DNA of 56,420 nucleotides from an uncultured Verrucomicrobiota bacterium (lineage in GTDB: Bacteria > Verrucomicrobiota > Kiritimatiellia > CAIKKV01 > CAITUY01), in contig CAZMSS010000001.1 in assembly GCA_964568965.1 (NCBI GenBank), positions 1-56,420 of the forward strand. Reading direction: 5' to 3'. Within the stretch, counting starts at the first letter, position 1, and each line of letters begins with the position of its first letter. Below are positions 9,509 through 19,900 of this stretch, piece by piece. Below the pieces are notes generated by a model. That model saw only the letters and a list, made by a program, of their open reading frames with translations. It ran no database searches and had not been told where the DNA came from. Made by a program: the position numbers and the translations under genes.

Positions 9509-10618
9509 TCAGTCAATCTTGACTTCCTTGCCGGCGGCCGCAGAGCGGTACACGCCGTCGAGGATTTTCTGAACGGTCAGGCCGTCCTCGCCCGGGGCTT
9601 CGAGCGGCGAGCCCGTGAGGCAACCATCCACGAAGTTCTGCAGCTTGCTGGTAAACATGGCCTCAAAGCTGCCCTGCGGCAACCACTGCGGGGTGATGTT
9701 GACCATCGTTCCGGCCTTGTCGGTGAAGACTGCGGCGGGATCCCAGTTGCAACCGCCCTTATCCCCGATCATGTTGAAGTTCCAGACATCCTTCTCGATA
9801 TGGCCGCAGAAACTCGACTCGATCTGCAGCACCGCGCCATTCTCAAAGCGGATGTGGCCGATGGCAAGGTCTTCGACGGTGTAGGTCTTGTGGTCCCAGT
9901 TCGGCCAGGGGATGACCACGTTGCTCTTCTTGTTGCCCATATAGGTCCAGACGTTGCCCGTGGCGGCTACCGGGCGCGGCCGGCCCATGGCGTAGTGCGC
10001 CATCTCGATGACGTGCACGCCGATGTCGATCATCGGTCCGCCGCCCTGCAGGGCCTTCTGGCCGAACACGCCCCAGTTGGGGATGCCGCGCCGCCGCAAC
10101 GCCTGGCACTTCACAAACATGATATTGCCGAACTGGCCTTCTTCGCGGAACCGCTTGATCATCTGGGTGACGGGGTGATAGCGATATTGGAATCCGGTCA
10201 CGAGCACCTTGCCGGCCTTCTTGGCGGCGGCGATCATCCGGGTGCATTCCGCCGGGTTCATGGCCATGGGCTTTTCGGTGATGACGTGACATCCCGCGTT
10301 GGAGGCGTCAATAGCCGCCGCGGCATGCACGCCATTGGGTGTGCAGACATCCACGGCGTCAGGCTTGACTTCCTTCAGCATGACCTTCCAGTCCTTGTAG
10401 AGTTTCTTGATGCCGAATTTTTCCTGCATCACAGCCAGACGTTCGGGCTTGATATCCACTCCGGCCACGATCTCCACATCCGGCATGGCGGCAAACGTCC
10501 TCAGGTGAAGTTCGGAAATACCGCCGCAGCCGATGACCGCCACGCGCAATTTCTTTCCCTTGTGTTCGACCTTCTTTTCGCCACCCAAAGACTCGGTTGA
10601 TACTGCACTGTTCGCCAT
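9509..10618 (-). CDS. Gfo/Idh/MocA-family NAD(P)-dependent oxidoreductase
   Basis: The Rossmann motif is RVAVIGCGGISELH and the family EKP motif is ITEKPMA. Length is about 370 aa. Confidence 0.9.
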   Translation of the reverse strand: MANSAVSTESLGGEKKVEHKGKKLRVAVIGCGGISELHLRTFAAMPDVEIVAGVDIKPERLAVMQEKFGIKKLYKDWKVMLKEVKPDAVDVCTPNGVHAAAAIDASNAGCHVITEKPMAMNPAECTRMIAAAKKAGKVLVTGFQYRYHPVTQMIKRFREEGQFGNIMFVKCQALRRRGIPNWGVFGQKALQGGGPMIDIGVHVIEMAHYAMGRPRPVAATGNVWTYMGNKKSNVVIPWPNWDHKTYTVEDLAIGHIRFENGAVLQIESSFCGHIEKDVWNFNMIGDKGGCNWDPAAVFTDKAGTMVNITPQWLPQGSFEAMFTSKLQNFVDGCLTGSPLEAPGEDGLTVQKILDGVYRSAAAGKEVKID

Positions 10619-10856
10619 GTGATATACTCCTTAGTAAAGTTAAATAGGGACCCGACAGTCCACGCGGACCATCAATTGACCGTTAACTTTGTTGATTTTC
10701 CCCAAACAAGTCAACAACCACTTCACAGGATAAAGAAAGTTCCGGTGCGGCACATCCGGGTTCCTTCAGCCATTTCCTCGCGTCACATTGGGCTGGAACT
10801 TCGTTGATGGAAGAGTATCCTTCCCGATCAGGAATGACACCAGAACAGGAGCCAGA

Positions 10857-11699
10857 ATGCCAAACATTGCCAAGGTTTTGAGAGGCGGAATCACCCGGAG
10901 GTTCTTCCTCTCCCGCATGGTGGTCCTGCTGTTGTTGCTGTTGCTTCCGGGACAGGCCCGGGCGCAGTTGGAAACCGGGTCAGACACCGGCCAGGTGTTC
11001 GTTCTGGTGCGCCTCACGGATTATGCGGGGCTCACCACCTACAAGGCGGCCACCCCGGAAGAATTCATCGAGCTCGCCAGCGTGGCCAAAAAGGACAACC
11101 TGGCGCTCCCCGCGGCCTATGCCAATCTCCGCAAGGATTGGAAAAAAACCCAGAGCAAAGTCGAGAAGCGGACTGTTAATAATGGGGGCCAATCCCAGCA
11201 GGTTGACTATAAGGTTCCGGCACCGCCCTTTCCCTTGAAATGCCCGGCACCGCGGGAAGTCAAGCAGATGGGACGTTTTTCCTCTGCGGAGGCGCTGGAC
11301 AAGGCGAAGGCCCCGCTCGAGGAGAACGAAGCGAAACGTTTGGAGCGGCTGACCAAGGAGAAAGAAGCCAAGGAGGCGGCGGCCGCGCCAAGGACGGACG
11401 CCATGTCGAATAGCACGCAGGATGCCTTCGGGTTTAAGCGCCCCCCCCCAAGGCCCTCGACAAAGCGGTCGACCAGGACGAGGTCGGTGAGCCCGGTGTC
11501 GGAGACGGAGATGCTGGAAAAATTGATCGAGGAAATTGAGCGTGTGAAGATTGAGAATGACACCTCGGGGGCTGTTGGGGGACTGCGTGGAGCCGGGAGC
11601 TTGACGACCATGAACCAGAAGACCGGGGCGGATGCCAAGGCGGGCGGCAAGGGTGGCTCGAAGACCGGCGCCAAGGCGATCAAGCGCATCGGGGAGTGA
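10857..11699 (+). CDS. Secreted low-complexity (K/E/A/S/T-rich) hypothetical protein
   Basis: The ORF is trimmed to MPNIAKVLRGGITRRFFLSRMVVLLLLLLLPGQARAQ (signal peptide). The remainder is charged and probably disordered. It contains a C9 homopolymer at 11441-11449. Confidence 0.5.
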   Translation: MPNIAKVLRGGITRRFFLSRMVVLLLLLLLPGQARAQLETGSDTGQVFVLVRLTDYAGLTTYKAATPEEFIELASVAKKDNLALPAAYANLRKDWKKTQSKVEKRTVNNGGQSQQVDYKVPAPPFPLKCPAPREVKQMGRFSSAEALDKAKAPLEENEAKRLERLTKEKEAKEAAAAPRTDAMSNSTQDAFGFKRPPPRPSTKRSTRTRSVSPVSETEMLEKLIEEIERVKIENDTSGAVGGLRGAGSLTTMNQKTGADAKAGGKGGSKTGAKAIKRIGE

Positions 11700-11726
11700 G
11701 CCGTTGAATGTTTGTCCTGCCCCTGA

Positions 11727-13697
11727 TTACTCCGCCTGCCGGATCGGCAGTTTCCGGCTGTTTCGCAGGAACAAGGGGATCCGCTCGAGGGGTGCCTCGG
11801 CGGTGATCCACTGGCCGCCCTCGTGTACCCGGTCCGTCCAGGCATCTGTCCAGCGCGCGCCGGCCGGCAGGTAGACCCGCTTCTGTGTGGCGCCCTTTTC
11901 CGTCACCGGTGCCACCAGGAGATCCGGCCCGAAGCAATACGAGTCGCCAATGTCATAGCAGGAGGGGTCTCCGGGAAACTCCAGGAACAGGGGGCGCATC
12001 GGGGGGAGTCCCGTCTCGTGCGCCTCGGTCATCAGTTCCCGGATGTAGGGGCGGAGCCGCTCGCGCAGCTGGAGATAGCCGGTCAGGATCCCGTAGACCT
12101 TTTCGCCGTAGGACCATACCTCATTGTCGGCACCGGTCAATTCCGGAACGGAGGTCCAGCACGAGGGATTGCGCACGCCGTGGAGCCGGCATACGGGGCA
12201 GAATACGCCGTATTGGAACCACCGCACGAGCAGCTCATGGAACTCGGGGCTTGCGGCCTCGCCGCCGCTGAAGCCGCCGATGTCGGTGTTCCACCAGGGG
12301 ATGCCGCTCATGGCCATGTTCAGGCCGGCGGGAATCTGTTTTGCGAACACCTCGAACGAGGAGGTAATGTCGCCGGACCAGACAATCGCCCCGTAGCGCT
12401 GGCTTCCCAGCCAGGCGGCCCGGCACAGGGTCGCGATCTCCGTCTCGCCCTCGCTGCGCAAGCCTTCGTAAAAGGCCTTCTCGTGGAGGAGCGGATAGAG
12501 GTTTAGGACCTCCTCGCCGTTCCCCGCCCACATCCGCAGGTTGTCGAAATGAATCGGGAAAATCTCCGGCTCGCACTGGTCGAGCCAGAAGAGCTTGATG
12601 CCATACCGGTAGTAGTTTTCCTTGATCTTCCCCCAGAGGAAGTCGCGCGCTTCCGGATTGGTGGCGTCATAGTACTGCGACGACACGACGCCCTTGGGGG
12701 ACACGTCGATGAAGGTGTGGTGATAAGGCTCGCCGCGCTCGGCCCGGATCAGCAGGTTGCGACTGGCCATTTCGCTGTAGTTTTCGCTGTTTCGGTTAAC
12801 GTTGGGCCAGACCGAAACCGCCAGGGTTACGCCCATGGCCTTCAGCTCGTCGACCATCGCCTGCGGGTCCGGCCATTCCTCGCTCTTGAACTTGAAGTCG
12901 CCCAGCATGGGCCAGTGGAAGAAGTCGATCACGATGACCGACAGTGGCAATCCACGCTCCTTGTAGCCGCGGGCCACCTTGAGGAGCTCCTCCTGTGAGC
13001 GGTAGCGCAACTTGCATTGCCAGAACCCGATGCCCCATTCCGGCATGACCGGCGGGAGCCCCGTGAGCCGGGCGTAATGGCCCAGGATTTCAGAATAGGA
13101 CTCGCCGGTCGTCACGAAATAATCGATGCCCCGGCAAGCGTTGGCGGCCCAGCGCGTGCGGTTCTGTGCGAGTTCCACGCGGCCGATGGCGGGGTTGTGC
13201 CACATGAAGCCGTATTGCCGGCTCGACACCAGGAACGGGATGCTGATGTCCTTGTTGATCTGGTGCAGGTCCAGCACGCAGCCCTTCTGGTTGAGGAGGC
13301 CGTGCTGGTACTGCCCCAGTCCGTAAATCTTTTCATCGGGGTACGCCGTGAAATCGGCGGTAACGGCATACGCGTTGCCATGGAGCGGGCGGTAATCGGC
13401 GCCCTGCTCGGCGCACAGCGGCGTCTCGCCCGCCGTGGAGACGCGGAAAAACGAGACTCCTCCCCGGATGTTGATCTGCGCCTTGAGTTTGCCATTCGTG
13501 ACAAAGGCGTTGCGGCCGCTGATTTCGACTGAGATTCCCGCGGGTGCCGGAGGCAGGAGGGCATCGGTGTCGGCCGGCATCTCCGCCGTCAGGCTTTTGC
13601 GAACCCGCAAGGTGTCCGGCCCGTAGGCCTCCAGCCAGACTGTCTCCCCGTTGCACTGTACGATGATCCGGTTCCCCTCTTGACGAAATTGATTCAC
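11727..13697 (-). CDS. GH31-family alpha-glycosidase (alpha-xylosidase-like), no signal peptide
   Basis: GH31 signatures are KLFWLDQCEPE (nucleophile Asp region), VWSGDITSSF (acid/base Asp region) and WNTDIGGF. It is a paralog of 42429..44435. Confidence 0.9.
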   Translation of the reverse strand: MNQFRQEGNRIIVQCNGETVWLEAYGPDTLRVRKSLTAEMPADTDALLPPAPAGISVEISGRNAFVTNGKLKAQINIRGGVSFFRVSTAGETPLCAEQGADYRPLHGNAYAVTADFTAYPDEKIYGLGQYQHGLLNQKGCVLDLHQINKDISIPFLVSSRQYGFMWHNPAIGRVELAQNRTRWAANACRGIDYFVTTGESYSEILGHYARLTGLPPVMPEWGIGFWQCKLRYRSQEELLKVARGYKERGLPLSVIVIDFFHWPMLGDFKFKSEEWPDPQAMVDELKAMGVTLAVSVWPNVNRNSENYSEMASRNLLIRAERGEPYHHTFIDVSPKGVVSSQYYDATNPEARDFLWGKIKENYYRYGIKLFWLDQCEPEIFPIHFDNLRMWAGNGEEVLNLYPLLHEKAFYEGLRSEGETEIATLCRAAWLGSQRYGAIVWSGDITSSFEVFAKQIPAGLNMAMSGIPWWNTDIGGFSGGEAASPEFHELLVRWFQYGVFCPVCRLHGVRNPSCWTSVPELTGADNEVWSYGEKVYGILTGYLQLRERLRPYIRELMTEAHETGLPPMRPLFLEFPGDPSCYDIGDSYCFGPDLLVAPVTEKGATQKRVYLPAGARWTDAWTDRVHEGGQWITAEAPLERIPLFLRNSRKLPIRQAE

Positions 13698-13822
13698 GGT
13701 AAAGTCCCTTTCGTGACCTAAAATGGCCTTGCATCCGATGTCTGGTGCAACATATTCTAACTGCTCGAGAAATTCAAACAGGGAAGTCGTGCGGATATGA
13801 GCCGCAGAAGAGGTATAAAGAC

Positions 13823-14845
13823 GTGAAGCAAGCAGTTATGATTCGTCCGGGGGTTATTGAACAACGTGAAGCAGTTGAGCCCAAGGCGGGGCCGGGAGAA
13901 GTGCTGTTGCGCGTCCGGCGTATCGGGGTGTGCGGCTCGGATATCCATGTGTGGCACGGCAAGCATCCCTTTACCTCCTATCCGGTGGTGCAGGGGCACG
14001 AATACAGCGCCTCCGTCGAGGCCGTCGGGGCCGGGGTCACCCGTGTGAAGCCCGGCATGAAGGCGACCGCCCGCCCGCAGGTCGTCTGCGGCGTGTGCGA
14101 TCCGTGCCGCCGGGGCGATTACCATATCTGCAACCAGCTCAAGGTGCAGGGGTTTCAGGCACCGGGCTGCGCCCAGGATTTGTTCGTGGTTCCGGAGGAC
14201 CGCCTTGTGGTGCTGCCGGAGAGCCTGTCGTATGAGCAGGGGGCCCTGGTGGAGCCGGCGGCGGTATCAGCCCATTCTACCGGGCGGGCCGGGGATTTGA
14301 AGGGAAAGAACGTCGTGGTGCTTGGCGCGGGCACGATCGGCAACCTCGTCGCCCAGGCGGCGCGCTGCCGCGGGGCCAGGAACGTCCTGATCACCGACCT
14401 GAGTGACTTCCGGCTGGAAAAGGCCCGGGCCTGCGGCATTGCCAACACCTGCAACGTGAAGCAGGAGAAGCTGGCTGATGCGGTGAAGCGGGTTTTCGGC
14501 GACGAGAGCTTTGACATCGCGTTTGAGGCCGTGGGGGTGGAATCGGCCCTCGATGACGCCGTGCAGACCATCCGCAAGGGCGGGCGCATCGTGGTGCTGG
14601 GCGTGTTCGGCGACCGGCCGCGCGTGGATATGTCCATCGTGGGCGACCGCGAACTGAGCCTGATCGGCACGCTGATGTACAAGCACGAGGACTACGAGCA
14701 GGCGGTGAAATGGATCGCCACAGGCGCGCTGGTGACCGAACCCCTGATCACCCGGCATTTCCCCTTCGCGCAGTATGTGGATGCCTATCACTTCATCGAG
14801 GCGCAGGGCGACAAGACGCTGAAGGTCATGATCGATGTCAATTGA
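13823..14845 (+). CDS. Zinc-dependent medium-chain alcohol/polyol dehydrogenase (sorbitol/idonate dehydrogenase-like)
   Basis: Motifs present are GVCGSDIHVWHGKH, GHEYS, the structural-Zn cysteines CGVCDPCRRGDYHIC and the Rossmann VVLGAGTIG. I preferred the in-frame GTG at 13823 (giving MKQAVMIRPG, with GAAGAGG upstream). The ATG at 13838 is an alternative and the track start at 13745 is unlikely. Confidence 0.85.
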   Translation: MKQAVMIRPGVIEQREAVEPKAGPGEVLLRVRRIGVCGSDIHVWHGKHPFTSYPVVQGHEYSASVEAVGAGVTRVKPGMKATARPQVVCGVCDPCRRGDYHICNQLKVQGFQAPGCAQDLFVVPEDRLVVLPESLSYEQGALVEPAAVSAHSTGRAGDLKGKNVVVLGAGTIGNLVAQAARCRGARNVLITDLSDFRLEKARACGIANTCNVKQEKLADAVKRVFGDESFDIAFEAVGVESALDDAVQTIRKGGRIVVLGVFGDRPRVDMSIVGDRELSLIGTLMYKHEDYEQAVKWIATGALVTEPLITRHFPFAQYVDAYHFIEAQGDKTLKVMIDVN

Positions 14846-15767
14846 CGTTCAGTCGTTTCCCCCGCTGTGTGTTGGCATCGGCGAGATCCTCTGGGACTTG
14901 CTTCCCACAGGCAAGGCGCTTGGCGGCGCCCCGGCCAATGTGGCGGCGCACACCACCCAGCTTGGCGCGCGAGGGGCGGCCGTCAGTGCGGTGGGCGACG
15001 ACCCCGACGGGCACGAGATTTTGAAACGGGTGCAGGCGATGGGGGTGGACGCCTCCGGCATCCAGGTCCGGAGCGACCTGCCGACCGGCGCGGTGGATGT
15101 GATCCTCGACAAGGCCGGGATTCCCTCGTTCACGATCCGGGCCCCCTCCGCCTGGGATGCCATCACGATGGATGCGGCCCTGGAGCGGCTGGCGGATGCC
15201 GCCGATGCGGTGGTTTTCGGGTCCCTGGCGCAACGCGATCCCCGCAGCCGCGAGGGGATCGGGCGATTCCTCGGCCGGGTCCGGCCGGGCTGCCTGAAGG
15301 TGTTTGATATCAACCTGCGCCGTCCGTTCATCTCAGAGCCCGTCATCCGCGAATCACTGGAACGGGCGGATGTGCTGAAGCTGAACGATGGCGAGCTGCC
15401 GGTTCTGGCGGGGATGCTGGGGCTGGCGGGGGATGAAACCTCACAGCTGCGGGCCATCCGCCAACTGTTTGATCTGGACCTGGTGGTATACACCCGCGGG
15501 GACAAGGGGAGCCGGATGATCACGGCGCAGCAGGATGAAAGCCATCCGGGCTATCCGGCCCGTGTGGTGGATACCGTCGGCGCCGGCGATGCCTTCACCG
15601 CGGCCGTGACCGTCGGATTGCTGGATGGGATGGACCTGTCGCGGATCCAGGATCTGGCCAACCGGGTGGCGGTGTTTGTATGTTCCCAGCCCGGCGCGGT
15701 GCCGCGGCTGCCGGAGGAACTCAGGAATAATTTCGAAACTCACAAATCAAGAAAAGGAAAAGCATGA
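14835..15767 (+). CDS. PfkB-family carbohydrate kinase (fructokinase / 2-keto-3-deoxygluconate kinase-like)
   Basis: Motifs are GGAPANVA at the N-terminus and TVGAGDAFTAAV (the PfkB ATP/anion-hole motif). It overlaps the upstream gene by 11 nt and the downstream gene by 4 nt (ATGA). Confidence 0.85.
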   Translation: MSIDVQSFPPLCVGIGEILWDLLPTGKALGGAPANVAAHTTQLGARGAAVSAVGDDPDGHEILKRVQAMGVDASGIQVRSDLPTGAVDVILDKAGIPSFTIRAPSAWDAITMDAALERLADAADAVVFGSLAQRDPRSREGIGRFLGRVRPGCLKVFDINLRRPFISEPVIRESLERADVLKLNDGELPVLAGMLGLAGDETSQLRAIRQLFDLDLVVYTRGDKGSRMITAQQDESHPGYPARVVDTVGAGDAFTAAVTVGLLDGMDLSRIQDLANRVAVFVCSQPGAVPRLPEELRNNFETHKSRKGKA

Positions 15768-16933
15768 AATTCAACTATTGTCAGACGACGGAACTGGTGT
15801 TCGGGCGGGGGCGGACGGCGGAACTCGGGCAGATTGCAAAACGATTCGGCACCAAGACCCTCCTCGTGACGGTCAAGGAATTCCCCGCCGTTCGCAAGCA
15901 GTATGCGCAGGTGAAAAAGATCCTGGCCAAGGCCGGCGTGAAGGTGACCCATTATGACGGCGTGGTGCCGAACCCGACCGTGGCCTCAATCGATGCCGGC
16001 GCGAAGCTGGCGCGTGCCTGCGGCGCGCAGTCGGTGATCGGGCTCGGCGGCGGTTCGAGCATGGACAGCGCCAAGGCGATCGCCGTGGCCGCCACGCATC
16101 CGGGGAGCTGCTGGGACTACCTTTTCTACAAGAAGGCCCCCACGACCAAAACCCTGCCGATCATTGCCGTCACCACGACCTCGGGCACCGGCTCGCAGGT
16201 CACCCAGGTAGCCGTGATCACCAACCCGAAAACCCGCGACAAGTCCGCCATTTACCACCCGAATGTGTTTCCCAAGGTGGCGGTGGTCGATCCGGAGCTG
16301 ATGGTCACGGTGCCGCGCAAGATCACGGCGGCCACGGGCTTTGATGTCTTCTGCCATGCGTTTGAGTCCGCCATTCATCCCAATACCAGCCCGATGACCA
16401 ACATGATGGCCTGGGAGGCGATCAGCCTGGTGGTGAAGTGGCTGCCCAAGGTGCTGGCCGACGGAACGAACCTCGATGCACGTGAAGCCATGGCCCTGGC
16501 GGACACCCTGGGCGGGTACAGCATTGCCGCGGCCGGTGTCACCCTGCCGCACGGCATGGGCATGGCGATCGGCGGCATGTACCCGCATGTGGCGCATGGC
16601 GAAGCGCTGGCCATCGTGTATCCGGCCTTTGTTCGGTATACCTGGCGCAATGCGGTTCCCCAGTTCGCACGGCTGGCCCGCATCCTGAATCCCGCCCTCG
16701 TCCGCGCAAACGATCGCGTGGCCGCCGCGCGGTGTGAAGAGCTCGTCACGGCCTTCCTGAAGAAGATCGGCATGCGGCTTTCCCTTGAGGGGATGAATGT
16801 TCCCGCGGCGGAGTTGCCGGCCCTGGCCAGGCAGTGCATGGTGCTGCCCGACTACAAGGGCAACCCGCGGGTGACCACGCCGGCGGACATGACCAAGCTG
16901 GTGAAGGAATCGTATTCCGTGCGCCGGAAATAG
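15764..16933 (+). CDS. Iron-containing (group III) alcohol dehydrogenase, lactaldehyde/propanediol oxidoreductase-like
   Basis: Motifs are GLGGGSSMDSAKA and the metal-ligand region FCHAFESAIH ... HG. Length is about 389 aa. Confidence 0.9.
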   Translation: MKFNYCQTTELVFGRGRTAELGQIAKRFGTKTLLVTVKEFPAVRKQYAQVKKILAKAGVKVTHYDGVVPNPTVASIDAGAKLARACGAQSVIGLGGGSSMDSAKAIAVAATHPGSCWDYLFYKKAPTTKTLPIIAVTTTSGTGSQVTQVAVITNPKTRDKSAIYHPNVFPKVAVVDPELMVTVPRKITAATGFDVFCHAFESAIHPNTSPMTNMMAWEAISLVVKWLPKVLADGTNLDAREAMALADTLGGYSIAAAGVTLPHGMGMAIGGMYPHVAHGEALAIVYPAFVRYTWRNAVPQFARLARILNPALVRANDRVAAARCEELVTAFLKKIGMRLSLEGMNVPAAELPALARQCMVLPDYKGNPRVTTPADMTKLVKESYSVRRK

Positions 16934-16949
16934 GGGGCGAAAAGATTGC

Positions 16950-19900
16950 ATGAAAGCACCTCGTACTGAGCCGCCCGGGCCAGCGGTACACGGGCTCGTT
17001 CACCCCTCCCGCGACTGCAGCCAGGCACCCTTCTGGTTCTGGAATGGCCCGCTGGATCCGGACGTGCTGGCCGGTCAGATCCGGGAGATGGCGGACAAGG
17101 GTGTGCATGCGGCCATGCCGCATCCGCGTTTCGGGATGGATCGGCGCGACTATCTGGGCCCGGCCTACTGGAAGGCGTTCAGTGCCGTCGTGAAACAGGC
17201 TGAGGCCCTCGGCAGCCAGGTGATGCTCTATGACGAGTACAACTGGCCCAGCGGCGGGGCCGGCGGACGCGTAACGGACGGCCATCCGGAGTTGTATCCC
17301 CACGCCTTGGACTATGTGGTCCGCGACGTGGAGGGGAAGGTCCGGCTGGGCGTGGCGGATCTGGTCGCCAGTGAGCCCGAAAGTTCATCAACCCAGTCGA
17401 TAGTCGCCGCCTTCCTGGTTCCCTCCGACTGCCCGGTTCAGCTGTCTGAACTGCCGGTCGGCGGCTCCGGGGACTCGGAATTGGAGGTGCGGCCGTGGGG
17501 CCGGCTCGCGACCGACGGCGCCAGCGTGGCGGGCCAGGTGCCGCCCGGTCGGCACCGGCTGCTGGTCTTCATTCTCACCCGGACCTCTAATCCGTCGCCT
17601 TTGGACAGCGGGAGCGGGTCGTTTGTGGATTTCATGAACCCGCAGACAGCGAAGCGGTTTATCGCCCTCACGCACGACCAGTATGCCCGCCGGTACGCCC
17701 GGCATTTCGGCAAGACGATCCCCTGCATCTTCACCGACGAACCCCAGGCCATGGCCTCGGGGCCCTTCCCCTGGACCGGCGATCTTCTCCGCGAGTTTCA
17801 GCGCAGGCGGGGTTACGACCTCAGGCCGCATTTTGTCGCCCTGGTTGACGACCGTTATCCCCGGGGATGGCAGCACCGCGCCGCGTACTGGCAGACGGTA
17901 TCGGAACTGATCGACGAACGATTCTTCGAGCCGATCGCGCGGTGGTGCCGCCGGCACGGGATTGCGCTCACCGGGCATGTTTTTGATGAATTGATCGGAA
18001 CCTGGCCGACGGCGCCGCACCTGATGAACTGGCTGCGCCGGTTCGACTGGCCCGGGATCGATGCGCTCGGCCCGCGCGTCAAGATCACCGGTGCGAAGAT
18101 CGCGGCCTCCGTGGCGCACCTGGAGGAAAAACCGCATTTTCTCTGCGAGGCGCTTGGCCTGGCGCGCGGTTGGAACGCCACGCTCGGAATGACCAAGCGG
18201 GGATATAATTTTCTGGCGCTGATGGGGGTCGACATCCTCGTGCCCCACGCCTTTTTCCAGACGGTCGAGAATTCCCGCGTGGAGTGTCCGCCGAGTTTCT
18301 TCCTGCAGAATCCCTACTGGAAATACTATGGCAGCCTGGCCGGGATGACTGACCGCCTCTGCGCCTTCAACCGGCTCGGGCGGCATGTGGCGCCGGTAGC
18401 CGTGTATTACCCGATAGAATCACTCTGGGCTGATGGTACGGGGGGCAAGGGGCAGAACGTCAAGCCCTGGGAGTGCAAGAACCGCGGCAATGTCTGGGCG
18501 AGCCGGACGATCAGCGCGTTCGATACCGCCCTCACGGCCTGTTCGGCCGGAGAATGGGATTGCGACGTGGTCGATGCCGCCGCGCTGGTGAAGGCCAGGG
18601 TGCAGGCCGATGGGGGCCTGAAAATCGGCCCCGAGGTTTTTTCCTGCCTGGTCCTTCCCGCCATGCGCACGCTTGCGACATCGGCGGCGGAACGGATCCA
18701 GGAGTTTGTGCGCGCCGGCGGAACGCTGGTGGCGACAGGTTCCCTGCCGTGCCGCTCCTACCCTGCGACGGGCGACGCCTCACTGGATCTCCGAGCGGCG
18801 TTTGCCATTCCTGAATCCGCCGGGACGGGGGAGTGGGCCGTGGGGCGTGGCCGGGTAATCGTGCTGGCAAACGAGGCCGATCTTCGGGCTACGCTGGCCT
18901 CGCGGATTGCTCCCAACGTCCGGTTTGTCGGCGGCCGCAACGAGCAGGTTTATGTGGCTGTGCGACGCAATGACGAGGCGACGGCCTGGTTGGTCGTCAA
19001 CGACGGATCGGAGCCCTGTGCCGTCGAATTGGAACTGCCGCCGCACCTGTTGCCGGAAGGTTGCGCGCGACTGACGGCGGTCGATCCCGTGACGGGGGTG
19101 TGCAGACCCTTGCCCTGCCGGATCACGGCCAACGGGTTGCAGGTCACCTGCAGGCTGGAGCATACCCAGGCCATGATGCTGGTGGCAGAGGCGGCGCTTC
19201 ACCCGGAGATTTCCTGCCCCGGCGCGGGCGATGCGTTGCCCGCCAAGGCGCTGGCTCTCGACCGCTGGACATTACAGCTCGTGCCGCGGCTGCTGGACGA
19301 AAAATGGGCGGCGGCTGCCAAGCCCGCACTCGTGGAGTTACCGGTTTGGAAGGCGACCGGCCGTGACTGGAGGCGGCTTGAGGGATGGACCCGGCCGGAG
19401 TTTAACGACAGTGAGTGGAAGACAGTCACCACACAACGGGGTGGAGCCCTGCTCGACGACGAGGTGGTTCTGTTCCGCACGCATTTGCCACCGGGTGCCA
19501 TGGCCTTGAGGATGCCCCTTCCGGTGAGCGGCGAGTACATGTTGCACGTGAACGGGAAGCTGGTGGAAAAACGCCTGGGCCCGGCACCGAAGCGCGGCAC
19601 TCTGGACCTGTCAAAATGGGTCAACGGGATTGGCGATGTGATTGCCCTTGAAGTCTCCTCCCTGAGCGGGGCATCAGGGTTGTCGGCGCCCGTGGATGTT
19701 CTGTGCGGGCCGGTGGAGCTGCCCCGTTTGATGGACTGGCAGCAGTTGCGCGCGGGCTGGTATTCGGGCCGTGCACTTTACCGTACCCAGGTCGCGCTGC
19801 CACGGGCGGTGAAAGGGCCGGTCTGGCTTGACCTTGGCCGCGTGGAGCACTATGCGGAGGTCTGGGTGAACGGGAAGCTGGCCACCACACTGCTGTGGGC

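Noticed and set aside
10689-10717. Inverted repeat TTGTTGA-N15-TCAACAA in the divergent intergenic region between the Gfo/Idh/MocA gene and the secreted-protein gene; a possible operator
   Set aside because: Only 7 bp per arm. By rough estimate such a repeat has a substantial chance of occurring at random in a ~240-bp region, and there is no second copy or known regulator nearby.
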